Origin: a virus
IMG/VR virus record: IMGVR_UViG_3300044632_001319
Direction: 5' to 3' (one strand)
DNA: 64,000 nucleotides
Below, piece after piece: positions 16,874 through 24,427 of this stretch. Numbering within the stretch: position 1 is the first letter of the stretch; the number at the start of each line of letters is the position of its first letter. The notes beneath the pieces were generated by a model. It searched no databases. It saw nothing but the letters and a program-made list of their open reading frames with translations, and was not told where the DNA came from. The position numbers were made by a program, and so were the translations under genes.

Positions 16874-17099
16874 GAAAATGCTGATTACTAAAAAGATAGA
16901 AGATTGCCGCGAATATGTTTCGCTGGCAGAGAAGTCAGCGTCAGTTGGTGCTTATGGTGACAGTTCTTTCTATTGGAAGAGAGCAGCATCTCTTGCTATA
17001 GGTTTGTTAGATGATAATTCTCATGCTTCTTTTTTAGAAGAAGAATACAAATTTCTTAAGTACATTACAGAACACTTTAACGAGAAAGATGAAAATTAA
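16866..17099 (+). CDS. Hypothetical protein
   Basis: Start MTEKMLIT overlaps the previous stop. Confidence 0.6.
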   Translation: MTEKMLITKKIEDCREYVSLAEKSASVGAYGDSSFYWKRAASLAIGLLDDNSHASFLEEEYKFLKYITEHFNEKDEN

Positions 17100-17476
17100 T
17101 GCGTGAAAATACTATTGAGATTTTTCTGAATGAAGAATATGGATATCGTAAATGGATCTGGCGACCAAACATGACACAAGACGAATTTGTGTCGTGGTGG
17201 GAAAATCTGGCAGAATCAGATGTCATTAAGTTTTACTTTAACATTCATGCTCTTCCAGGAACATTGAAGGAGTATGTGGATAGGGGTACTGGATCTGCTC
17301 AAACTAGAGAGCATGGAGATCCAACATCACATCGTCCATATTATTACTGCCACTTTCACGATGTAGACGATTCATATATTTCTATCGGTTCTGATAATTA
17401 TCGATTCCGAAATAGATCTCGTTACGATTGGAAAGAGCATTGGTTAGATTACCAACTCTCAAAGAGTAAGTCTTAA
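17099..17476 (+). CDS. Hypothetical protein
   Basis: TAATG-coupled ORF. Confidence 0.7.
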   Translation: MRENTIEIFLNEEYGYRKWIWRPNMTQDEFVSWWENLAESDVIKFYFNIHALPGTLKEYVDRGTGSAQTREHGDPTSHRPYYYCHFHDVDDSYISIGSDNYRFRNRSRYDWKEHWLDYQLSKSKS

Positions 17477-17712
17477 TATGGAAATGCTAAAACTGGATGC
17501 GATGCTGGTACAATTTTATTGCATGTGACTTTGACTTCTTGACCAGCTGCCACTGAAATTGTAACATCAGTAATGACTTTACTTGAGTTGTAAATTCTTG
17601 GACTAGCAATTGCAACATTCTGTGCAGTTGCTCCATTTAAAAACCCAAGAAAAAATCCAGTTAATCCTGTACCTGCTGGTACAGCAATTGCTTTTTGATA
17701 TGAATCAGCCAT
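17473..17712 (-). CDS. Small hypothetical protein, possibly virion-associated
   Basis: GGAGA SD; Ala/Gly/Thr-rich with late-type codon usage. Confidence 0.65.
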   Translation of the reverse strand: MADSYQKAIAVPAGTGLTGFFLGFLNGATAQNVAIASPRIYNSSKVITDVTISVAAGQEVKVTCNKIVPASHPVLAFPY

Positions 17713-17869
17713 TATTATTCTCCATAATATATATTATATATGCAAGAATCTAATTGGCAAGAACTTGATTACAAGGTAGCAAGCGATTATACTCATGGTA
17801 GTCCAGAATACTACAGAACTTTGCTTCGTCAAATGATTGGTATTCCTAATTTACTTCCAGGAGAAAAAA

Positions 17870-18346
17870 ATGATACTTCAACAAAACAATATAGACCGCC
17901 AAATTCTCCTAAAATTTCTAGGAGAGGGAATATGCCAGGTTTCTTTCACAAAGGTCAAGGATAACACAAATCGTGTTATGCTTTGTACACTCAAGGCAGA
18001 TCAACTTCCTGCAAAATTTGAAAAGGCAATAGAAGGTATCTATAGACCAGCAGTAGACGAAGATCTACTTCCTGTCTGGGATGTCACAGAAGGCAAATGG
18101 AAAAGTTTTAGAATCTCTAAGATTGTTTCATTTAGAACACCCGACGAATTGGTGAACAATGACAAAGAAGGGCAGGATGTAGAATCCAGTCAGAAAGAAA
18201 TTCTTGAGAAAAGAAAACAAACAGCAAAACAAAGTTTCGAAAAGCGTGTTCAAAAACAAAAAGAACAAGCACAAAAGTCTAAAGAGAATCTAGATAAAGC
18301 ACGATCAATAGTCAACAAACTTAGAGGTATTCAAAATGAAAATTAA
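17870..18346 (+). CDS. DUF2693/WYL-like SH3-fold protein of T4-like phages
   Basis: FTKVKD..RVMLCTL and VWDV..GKWKSFR motifs; AGGAG SD. Confidence 0.7.
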   Translation: MILQQNNIDRQILLKFLGEGICQVSFTKVKDNTNRVMLCTLKADQLPAKFEKAIEGIYRPAVDEDLLPVWDVTEGKWKSFRISKIVSFRTPDELVNNDKEGQDVESSQKEILEKRKQTAKQSFEKRVQKQKEQAQKSKENLDKARSIVNKLRGIQNEN

Positions 18347-18625
18347 ACGCAACTTTAGTCACAGTGGAAATCGTAAAACAAAAGAGTCTATGTTCATGAA
18401 GAATGTTCATAGAAGTCAAAATCTTAAGGGAACTTCAAGTAAGAAAAAGGGTTAATTATGGCAAATACAACTGATCGTGAAGTAGCACACAAGCATCGTG
18501 TAAAGAAGAAGAAGTGGACTGCCAAGCAACAAGCAATGTTGGCAAATGCCAAAAAGAAAACTTTGGAAGAACTCCATAAGTTGGGTCGTCTTCCAAAGTC
18601 TCTTTATCATCGACTAGGTATTTAA
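18336..18625 (+). CDS. Two small Lys/Arg-rich proteins (18336..18455 and 18458..18625)
   Basis: Hand translation: MKIKRNFSHSGNRK... and MANTTDREVAHKHRVKKKKW... Confidence 0.55.
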
Positions 18626-19380
18626 TAATACCTAGTTGGGGTTGCTGGTAACTGTACTGGTACTGGTTTTGGTTGATCCACTGTTGGTGGATTTTGAGAT
18701 ACTGGTTCGGGTACATACACTACCCATCTTCCTGTATTTACATCATAATAATACGATGGAAGATTTATAATATTTGGTGGTCTTGGAACAATTTCATATC
18801 TTTGTCTCTGTTTATTCCACTTATAGGCATAATCTGGAAGCAAATATCCATTTTCATCTACTATATTAGGATCTGATGGTGGTGGTGGAGGATCTGGTCT
18901 AGTTGGAGTAACAGGAGCGTCTGAAATATCATCTCTTATTTCATTTCCTTCTCTATCAAATTGAAGTCCAAGTCCTGGGAATTCGCTTGGTTTTATTCCT
19001 AATATGTCTCTATACCATTCAATATCTGGTCCTTGCCAATTCGTTGGTGGAGGCATAGGAATCCATCCTTGATCATCATTTCCATACCAACCATATCCAC
19101 CATTTCCAAGTCCTCCACCTGCTTGTTGTGTAAAAAATAACCAAGGTGCAAGAATTGTTAGATATCGAATCCATTGTGTTATTGTTCCACCAAACCATGC
19201 TGGTATTGGTGGTACTCTTGGATTTGTTATAGGATCATATGGAAGAGGCCCTGGTCTAATTCTTGGATCTATAGGTTCAGGCTCAAAATAATCACCAATA
19301 TCTGGTAAATCATCTACTATTTCTTCGGGTGGTTTTTCTTCTTCCAATATTAAACGATATATATCTGATAATTTTTTCAT
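18622..19380 (-). CDS. Pro/Trp-rich candidate internal head protein
   Basis: Probable start MKKLSDIYRLILEE behind CTAAATA; ~90-aa module shared with 12145..13449. Confidence 0.75.
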   Translation of the reverse strand: MKKLSDIYRLILEEEKPPEEIVDDLPDIGDYFEPEPIDPRIRPGPLPYDPITNPRVPPIPAWFGGTITQWIRYLTILAPWLFFTQQAGGGLGNGGYGWYGNDDQGWIPMPPPTNWQGPDIEWYRDILGIKPSEFPGLGLQFDREGNEIRDDISDAPVTPTRPDPPPPPSDPNIVDENGYLLPDYAYKWNKQRQRYEIVPRPPNIINLPSYYYDVNTGRWVVYVPEPVSQNPPTVDQPKPVPVQLPATPTRYY

Positions 19381-19404
19381 AAAACTATTTAGGAAACATT
19401 TAAA

Positions 19405-19911
19405 TTGAATATTTTTGTAGTGCATGAGAATCCTGTTGTTGCAGCACAAGATCTCTGTGATAAACATGTAGTAAAGATGATCGTGGAGGGATGCCAAATG
19501 CTTTCCACGAATCATCGTCTGGCAGGATCGCATATTGTATATGCTCCTGTGCATCTTTACAAACAATCATTTATGAACCACCCATGCACAATATGGGCAA
19601 GGCAGTCGTATGAGAATTACATGTGGTTGGCAAATCACACACACGAATTGTGCAATGAATATAAGCATAGGTACAATAAAGTTCATTCGTGTAAACAAAT
19701 GGCAGAGTGGTTTCTTTTTCATCCGCTAGGTAGTGGAAAACTTACACCATTTGCTCAGGCAATGCCAGAGGAATTTAAAGTTCCTGGTGATGGTGTCGCT
19801 GCCTACCGTAAATATTATATTGGGGCAAAGTCTAAAATTGCCAAATGGAAATATACAGACCCACCAAAGTGGTACTCTGACGCACTGGCAAATAATATGG
19901 TGGTTATCTAA
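19405..19911 (+). CDS. Pyrimidine-dimer DNA glycosylase / endonuclease V family protein
   Basis: MNIF...CDKHVVKMIVExxQMLST...NHPCTIWAR...QAMP...AYRKYY family signature. Confidence 0.85.
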   Translation: MNIFVVHENPVVAAQDLCDKHVVKMIVEGCQMLSTNHRLAGSHIVYAPVHLYKQSFMNHPCTIWARQSYENYMWLANHTHELCNEYKHRYNKVHSCKQMAEWFLFHPLGSGKLTPFAQAMPEEFKVPGDGVAAYRKYYIGAKSKIAKWKYTDPPKWYSDALANNMVVI

Positions 19912-19989
19912 TGACTAGGGAAGAACTAATACTATCAATATTGTGCTACATCTCACTATTATAAAAATTAGAATTCTTGACCAAGACCC

Positions 19990-20018
19990 TTGACAAAGCA
20001 CACCCCTTATGGTATACT
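19990..20018 (+). promoter_or_regulatory. sigma70 promoter for the leader RNA/tRNA unit
   Basis: TTGACA-17-TATACT. Confidence 0.8.
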
Positions 20019-20290
20019 ATACGCATACAAGTGAATTCCCCCACATCGCAGGCGGGGGTTCCTGACAGGTCTACTGGAAATGGTATAAACTTGTATTGTA
20101 ATAATACATACGGAGATACAAATGATTAGTTAAAAATGTCAGATGTATATTGGAAGAATATTATTATATTATGAGAGTTTGATGATTTAGAAAAAATTAT
20201 CATTGCGTATCCTTATAGTTTCTAATACGCTCTTACCTACGAAACTAGGCGTTAAACAATCGGGGGGACTCGCCATCCCCCCGTTTCGTC

Positions 20291-20363
20291 GCCCTCGTAG
20301 CTCAGATGGTAGAGCAGCAGCCTTTTAAGCCGACGGTCACAGGTTCGATCCCTGTCGGGGGCA
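20291..20363 (+). tRNA. tRNA-Lys(UUU)
   Basis: Cloverleaf; loop CT-TTT-AA; anticodon stem has two mismatches; no encoded CCA. Confidence 0.85.
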
Positions 20364-20379
20364 TTATAGATAAGAGTGT

Positions 20380-20450
20380 GCGGGATTAGCATATTGGTGA
20401 TGCCCTGGATTTCCAATCCAGTAAAACGGGTTCGATTCCCGTATTCCGCT
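20380..20450 (+). tRNA. tRNA-Gly(UCC)
   Basis: CTGGA-TT-TCC-AA-TCCAG, GTTCGATTC T loop, U73. Confidence 0.9.
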
Positions 20451-20451
20451 T

Positions 20452-20586
20452 ATGAGTGATAACAGACAACATTCTGCTGGCAAAGGTGATAAACCCAGAC
20501 CTGTTGACTACAAAAAGTGGTCAGACAACTGGGATCGTATCTTTGGTAAGAAGAAGAAAAAGAAAGTAAAGAAAAATGCCAATTGA
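20452..20586 (+). CDS. Small basic phage protein
   Basis: Hand translation MSDNRQHSAGKGDKPRPVDYKKWSDNWDRIFGKKKK; the GKGxxPRP...NWDRIF pattern is common in phages. Confidence 0.65.
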   Translation: MSDNRQHSAGKGDKPRPVDYKKWSDNWDRIFGKKKKKKVKKNAN

Positions 20587-20884
20587 ATATGAGATGAAAT
20601 GTCTCTATGAAATCACTACAGACGCGATCTCCAAGTATTCGGAAGATCATATGTCTGCATATTGGTTTATTAACATAGAGTATCATGTTCTTCGTGGCAT
20701 TCTTGAAAATGATCGATATATTATAGATTATTTTCGAGGGTATCAATTGAACGCGATGCAAGATTTGATTCGTCGCGGTCTTTGGGTAAAGTGGAGTGAA
20801 TGTAAACCCGTTCTTTCACCAGACCCGATCTACAAAATAACGGTATGGGATGATACCCGTCCTATTCCATGTGGTGCTGATTGA
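20576..20884 (+). CDS. Hypothetical protein
   Basis: 102-aa ORF in operon. Confidence 0.6.
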   Translation: MPIEYEMKCLYEITTDAISKYSEDHMSAYWFINIEYHVLRGILENDRYIIDYFRGYQLNAMQDLIRRGLWVKWSECKPVLSPDPIYKITVWDDTRPIPCGAD

Positions 20885-20904
20885 TACATAACATGGAGGA
20901 TTCT

Positions 20905-21207
20905 ATGGTTCCTGAAGAGGAAATTACATTAAAAATCAACAATAAAATTTGGAAGATTCGAATTGTAAAATCTACTGAAATGTCGCCTTATTCTCTTGGG
21001 GAATGTGATGATCCAAAATATGCCAAACCCGAAATTTGGGTGAAACGAAGTCAAAAACCAATTGACCTCATGGATACAATTATCCATGAGGTTTTACATG
21101 CTATTCGACCAGAATTATCTGAGGAGGCAGTTTTAGAAACTGCTACGACAGTTGCTAAGGCATTATGGAAATTAAATTATCGTAAGATGTCTGGGAATTC
21201 TAAATGA
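20905..21207 (+). CDS. Small zincin-like metallopeptidase-domain protein
   Basis: TIIHEVLHAI HExxH motif, later E; GGAGG SD. Confidence 0.7.
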   Translation: MVPEEEITLKINNKIWKIRIVKSTEMSPYSLGECDDPKYAKPEIWVKRSQKPIDLMDTIIHEVLHAIRPELSEEAVLETATTVAKALWKLNYRKMSGNSK

Positions 21208-21741
21208 AAACATTGGCATGTTTTCTGGTTTCCCTGCCATCATTTTAAATACATTTCCTGCTTGCTGCGAATCGGGTGTATTGTCTTGTTCAAAATTACT
21301 GAACATAGACTGGTACACCCGTTGTTTTCGTTGAACCATATCAGGTCTAACATCCTCAGCACCCATAGTAAAGGTCGTAATATTTTTTCCTTGCTCTCTG
21401 AACGTTTTCTTATGGTGGGCAAGGATCTTGGGGAGTGCGTGTCGTAAAAAGTTTGCACCGCTTGCTGCAAAATCTGTAGAGGTTCCAGTATAGTCACCAT
21501 TTCTTCCAAACCCAAGCAAAGTTATATGTTCATTTGGTCTATGTTGCATCGTTGCAAGAGAAACTTCCCATCTATCGGGTTTACCTTCCATTCCTGGAAT
21601 TTGTACCTTGTAATGATTCAGATCAATTCCGCCCATGCTACCGATTCTTACAGGTTGGATATTACCATGTTCGGATGTTGAGGCTAATAGCGCATCTTTA
21701 TTATTTGATTTTAAATGTTCGGAAAATGGTTCTAATATCAT
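21172..21741 (-). CDS. Hypothetical protein, candidate internal head protein
   Basis: ATAAATA upstream; C-terminal RKQRVYQSM resembles KKHKLYQSF of 23017..23442. Confidence 0.65.
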   Translation of the reverse strand: MILEPFSEHLKSNNKDALLASTSEHGNIQPVRIGSMGGIDLNHYKVQIPGMEGKPDRWEVSLATMQHRPNEHITLLGFGRNGDYTGTSTDFAASGANFLRHALPKILAHHKKTFREQGKNITTFTMGAEDVRPDMVQRKQRVYQSMFSNFEQDNTPDSQQAGNVFKMMAGKPENMPMFSFRIPRHLTII

Positions 21742-21789
21742 ATATTTTTATTTATCAAAAGATTCTTCCAAGAATGTCGTCAAGGGGGC

Positions 21790-21817
21790 TTGACAACCAT
21801 CCATTTTCTGATATACT
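21790..21817 (+). promoter_or_regulatory. sigma70 promoter
   Basis: TTGACA-16-TATACT. Confidence 0.8.
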
Positions 21818-21824
21818 ATATGCA

Positions 21825-21875
21825 GTTAACCGACAGCACCCGCAACCTGTGCGAGTCGGATGGTTAAAAGGTTGC
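21825..21875 (+). promoter_or_regulatory. Structured 5' leader with predicted pseudoknot
   Basis: Nested stems CCGAC/GTCGG and GCAC/GTGC; loop GCAACCT complementary to downstream AGGTTGC. Confidence 0.5.
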
Positions 21876-21905
21876 AAAAGTTTAGAAAGGTTTCAGAAAA
21901 TCGTT

Positions 21906-22187
21906 ATGGCAAACACCAACACTCTCAGCAAGAAGCGTCAGGTCATCAATCATCTCTCTCGCGGTTGGGGCATCGATGCCCGTGAAGCACTCAACAAGTA
22001 CGGCGTTCAGAACCTCCGTGCAACCATGAGCGACATCCGTGAGCAGGTCGAGGCATACGGCAACTGGGAGATTGAGACTGTCGAGAACGGAAGCAACACC
22101 CGTTACTTCATGCGCGACACTCACCCAGGTCGTCGCACCTATGCCTTCCGTAAGGATGGCACTCGTTACATGATCACCAACGGTTGA
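21906..22187 (+). CDS. Winged helix-turn-helix protein
   Basis: VINHLSRG..IDAREA...YGVQNLRATMSDIRE pattern; GC-rich early-type codons. Confidence 0.7.
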   Translation: MANTNTLSKKRQVINHLSRGWGIDAREALNKYGVQNLRATMSDIREQVEAYGNWEIETVENGSNTRYFMRDTHPGRRTYAFRKDGTRYMITNG

Positions 22188-22208
22188 TCTGACAATTCAA
22201 TACCCGCG

Positions 22209-22242
22209 AAGATGTGGTGGAAACATCACATCTTTGTTTTTT
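22209..22242 (+). terminator. Intrinsic terminator
   Basis: AAGATGTGGTG-GAAA-CATCACATCTT then T run. Confidence 0.85.
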
Positions 22243-22611
22243 ATGACAGACTTTGATAATCTTTTGAATTTTACGTTTCCATTGTGTATGGAAATTCCTC
22301 GTCAAAAGAAGCACATTTCTTTGATATTTCATAAGAATAGACTTCTTTCAATTGGCAGAAACTGTTTCAAGACACATCCAAAGGCAAAGGAAATTGGATA
22401 CCCATACGAAGAGATGCATTCTGAATTGGATGCATACCGCAAACTTCCACACAAGTATCGTGGGTTGAAACTTTGTTTGGTGAACGTAAGATTCAATAGA
22501 TTTCGACAACTAAGAATGTCGAAACCGTGTGAACTGTGTACCCCTTGGTGTCTTGAAGTATTTGACGATATATACTATACAGACAACGAAGGAATTCGGA
22601 GAATGGAGTGA
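22243..22611 (+). CDS. Cytidine/dCMP deaminase-superfamily protein
   Basis: HSE and SKPCELC zinc-binding motifs. Confidence 0.75.
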   Translation: MTDFDNLLNFTFPLCMEIPRQKKHISLIFHKNRLLSIGRNCFKTHPKAKEIGYPYEEMHSELDAYRKLPHKYRGLKLCLVNVRFNRFRQLRMSKPCELCTPWCLEVFDDIYYTDNEGIRRME

Positions 22612-22614
22612 ATT

Positions 22615-22767
22615 ATGAAATATGTTCTAAAAGAAACAAAAGAAACATGCCAAATTGTAGATCGTTATGTTGATCTGTTCGGTAACAAAATGTGCAAGAT
22701 CAAAACCGAATCGGGAAACATCATGGAAGTGGAAGAGTCTGATCTTGCTCACTTTTTACAGGATTAA
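22615..22767 (+). CDS. Small hypothetical protein
   Basis: GGAG SD; hand translation MKYVLKETKETCQIVD... Confidence 0.55.
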   Translation: MKYVLKETKETCQIVDRYVDLFGNKMCKIKTESGNIMEVEESDLAHFLQD

Positions 22768-22769
22768 TC

Positions 22770-23030
22770 ATGCCATATCGTCTTCATATTGATATTCCAC
22801 TCAACATGAGTGAAGATGAAGCATTGATTGCTTCTCGTCAAATCCTAGGCATTCTTGCTGATGAAGAAACTGATGCATTGATTCTCAATGCAATTGGTAT
22901 CGAAGAAATCAATTATCGTCTTGGTCATGATGACGACCGACAAAAGAGCAATTACTTCATCAAAGACGCAAATGGTCATGTAAACAACAAGAAGTCAAAA
23001 ATTGTTGTTCCAAAGACTACGCAACTCTAG
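22770..23030 (+). CDS. Hypothetical protein
   Basis: 86-aa ORF with AGGA SD. Confidence 0.7.
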   Translation: MPYRLHIDIPLNMSEDEALIASRQILGILADEETDALILNAIGIEEINYRLGHDDDRQKSNYFIKDANGHVNNKKSKIVVPKTTQL

Positions 23031-23442
23031 GTTCTAATGGAATATTGAACTTCCTACCAAACGATTGGTAAAGTTTATGTTTCTTTTTTCCACCTTCATC
23101 GTCTTTGTATGAATACTTGATTGCTTTAATTTCACTTGGAGAATTTTCAACGTGATGTTTGATGTGAGATAAGACGGTATTGTAAACTTGTAGTGCTTCA
23201 CTTGTAGATCTTGGTTTTTCAAGTCTTTCAAGCGAACCATTTACGAAAAATTTAATATCTGATTTGTCTGAAAAGAAACTGTGATCAATCTTAGTTAAGA
23301 TTTCATTATCTCCAACTTTAGATCTATAAGTTCTAGACAAAGATACCCCAGGTATTATTTTTTCATCAGAGGGTGATATGTTTTCTGTTGATTGTTGATC
23401 TATGTCAACAATTTCGGAAATAAGAGTTTTAAAAGTCTTCAT
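23017..23442 (-). CDS. Candidate internal head protein
   Basis: Probable start MKTFKTLISE, close to T4 IP targeting sequences; CATACATA late-promoter variant upstream. Confidence 0.7.
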   Translation of the reverse strand: MKTFKTLISEIVDIDQQSTENISPSDEKIIPGVSLSRTYRSKVGDNEILTKIDHSFFSDKSDIKFFVNGSLERLEKPRSTSEALQVYNTVLSHIKHHVENSPSEIKAIKYSYKDDEGGKKKHKLYQSFGRKFNIPLEPRVA

Positions 23443-23460
23443 AAAAATATGTATGAAGGC

Positions 23461-23488
23461 TTGACATCTGAAGTGCATCTGATATAAT
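23461..23488 (+). promoter_or_regulatory. sigma70 promoter for the tRNA/tmRNA operon
   Basis: TTGACA-16-TATAAT. Confidence 0.85.
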
Positions 23489-23500
23489 AGATGCATCAAC

Positions 23501-23575
23501 GCGCTGCGGGAGGTCTTGGTTATCTCAGCTCGACTTATAATCGAGTAAGACTTGGTTCGAATCCAAGGCAGCGTA
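23501..23575 (+). tRNA. tRNA-Ile(UAU)
   Basis: GCGCTGC/GCAGCGT acceptor, CTCGA-CT-TAT-AA-TCGAG, T arm CTTGG-TTCGAAT-CCAAG, A73. Confidence 0.85.
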
Positions 23576-23579
23576 TTAC

Positions 23580-23653
23580 GCCCTAATAGATTAACCGGCT
23601 AAATCCCTGCCCTTTCAAGGCAGTGAGTCGGGGTTCGAGTCCCCGTTAGGGTA
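23580..23653 (+). tRNA. tRNA-Glu(UUC)
   Basis: CTGCC-CT-TTC-AA-GGCAG, canonical T arm. Confidence 0.9.
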
Positions 23654-23656
23654 TTT

Positions 23657-23749
23657 GCGTAGGATCAGTCGAGAGCGCACTCGGAGGCACACTAGAGTTA
23701 TTGACTTATAAGCAATAACTGAGAAGGGGTTCAAGTCCCCCACTACGCT
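23657..23749 (+). ncRNA. Aberrant tRNA-like RNA with UAU loop
   Basis: GCGTAG/CTACGC acceptor, GGGG-TTCAAGT-CCCC T arm, 8-bp stem AGTTATTG/CAATAACT enclosing ACTTATAAG, enlarged D region. Confidence 0.65.
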
Positions 23750-23762
23750 TTTGGAGTATAAC

Positions 23763-24077
23763 ATGACATTACCAAATGAATGGTTCATCTCAATGAAAAA
23801 GAATCGTCAGTTCTTGTTTGATCTTCTTGATCCAACAAAGACACCGAAGGTTCCCAAGGAAATTCGTAAGCGAGCATCTGAATGCTTGAAGCATTTTCCG
23901 ATGGACTTTGAAATTCAAGAACTAGAAACAATGTTTGAGAATTCCCACAAGGATAAGGGAATTCTCATTGGTGAAACAAATAAGGAACTTCAAAGAATCG
24001 CTGGTCAAGCAATTCTAGTGAATTCAAGTCTCAGCAAACTTAGTTCTGCAATTCAAAATACACTAAATAATCCTTGA
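23763..24077 (+). CDS. Conserved phage hypothetical protein
   Basis: MTLPxE...FLxDLLDPxKTPKVPKEIRxRAxxCLKHFP pattern; GGAG SD. Confidence 0.75.
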   Translation: MTLPNEWFISMKKNRQFLFDLLDPTKTPKVPKEIRKRASECLKHFPMDFEIQELETMFENSHKDKGILIGETNKELQRIAGQAILVNSSLSKLSSAIQNTLNNP

Positions 24078-24327
24078 TATCGTTGATCTTTGTGAACTAA
24101 CCTAATGCACGGGGGTGCGAATCCCCCCATCTCCATTCGACGGGGATGAACAGAATCGACATGGGTGTGTAAGCAATAGGGAGATATTCGAGAGGTCGTC
24201 AACAACCCTCGTTAAATGCCAAAGTTGGCAACATAAATGCCGCACCAATGCGGATGGCTGCTTGAAGCAGTGGGGAATGGTTCTCCCGCATCTGAATGAA
24301 CTACCCACCAGTGATGGTGGGTTTTTT
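24076..24327 (+). ncRNA. ssrA: Circularly permuted (two-piece) tmRNA
   Basis: T arm and 3' acceptor strand CATCTCC-A (24111-24135) lie upstream of the 5' strand GGGGATG (24142); G3.U70 pair and A73; pk1-like pseudoknot; tag ORF AAPMRMAA* at 24239-24265; 5' end approximate. Confidence 0.88.
24299..24327 (+). terminator. Intrinsic terminator ending the tmRNA unit
   Basis: ACCCACCA-GTGA-TGGTGGGT then T run. Confidence 0.85.
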
Positions 24328-24427
24328 ATATACATAGTAGTAGGATGGCGTTCGTGATATCTATAGTTTGCTTATATTATCTCTTATTCATAATTTTTCA
24401 TAAGAGCATGTTATATAAGGAATCTGT

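Noticed and set aside
17740-17964. 74-aa ORF overlapping the DUF2693-like gene
   Set aside because: Could be real but overlaps the better-supported gene by ~95 bp and has no clear SD; left uncalled
20170-20260. Hammerhead ribozyme (TTGATGA...CGAAAC)
   Set aside because: Core is not CTGANGA and I could not build stems I-III around it
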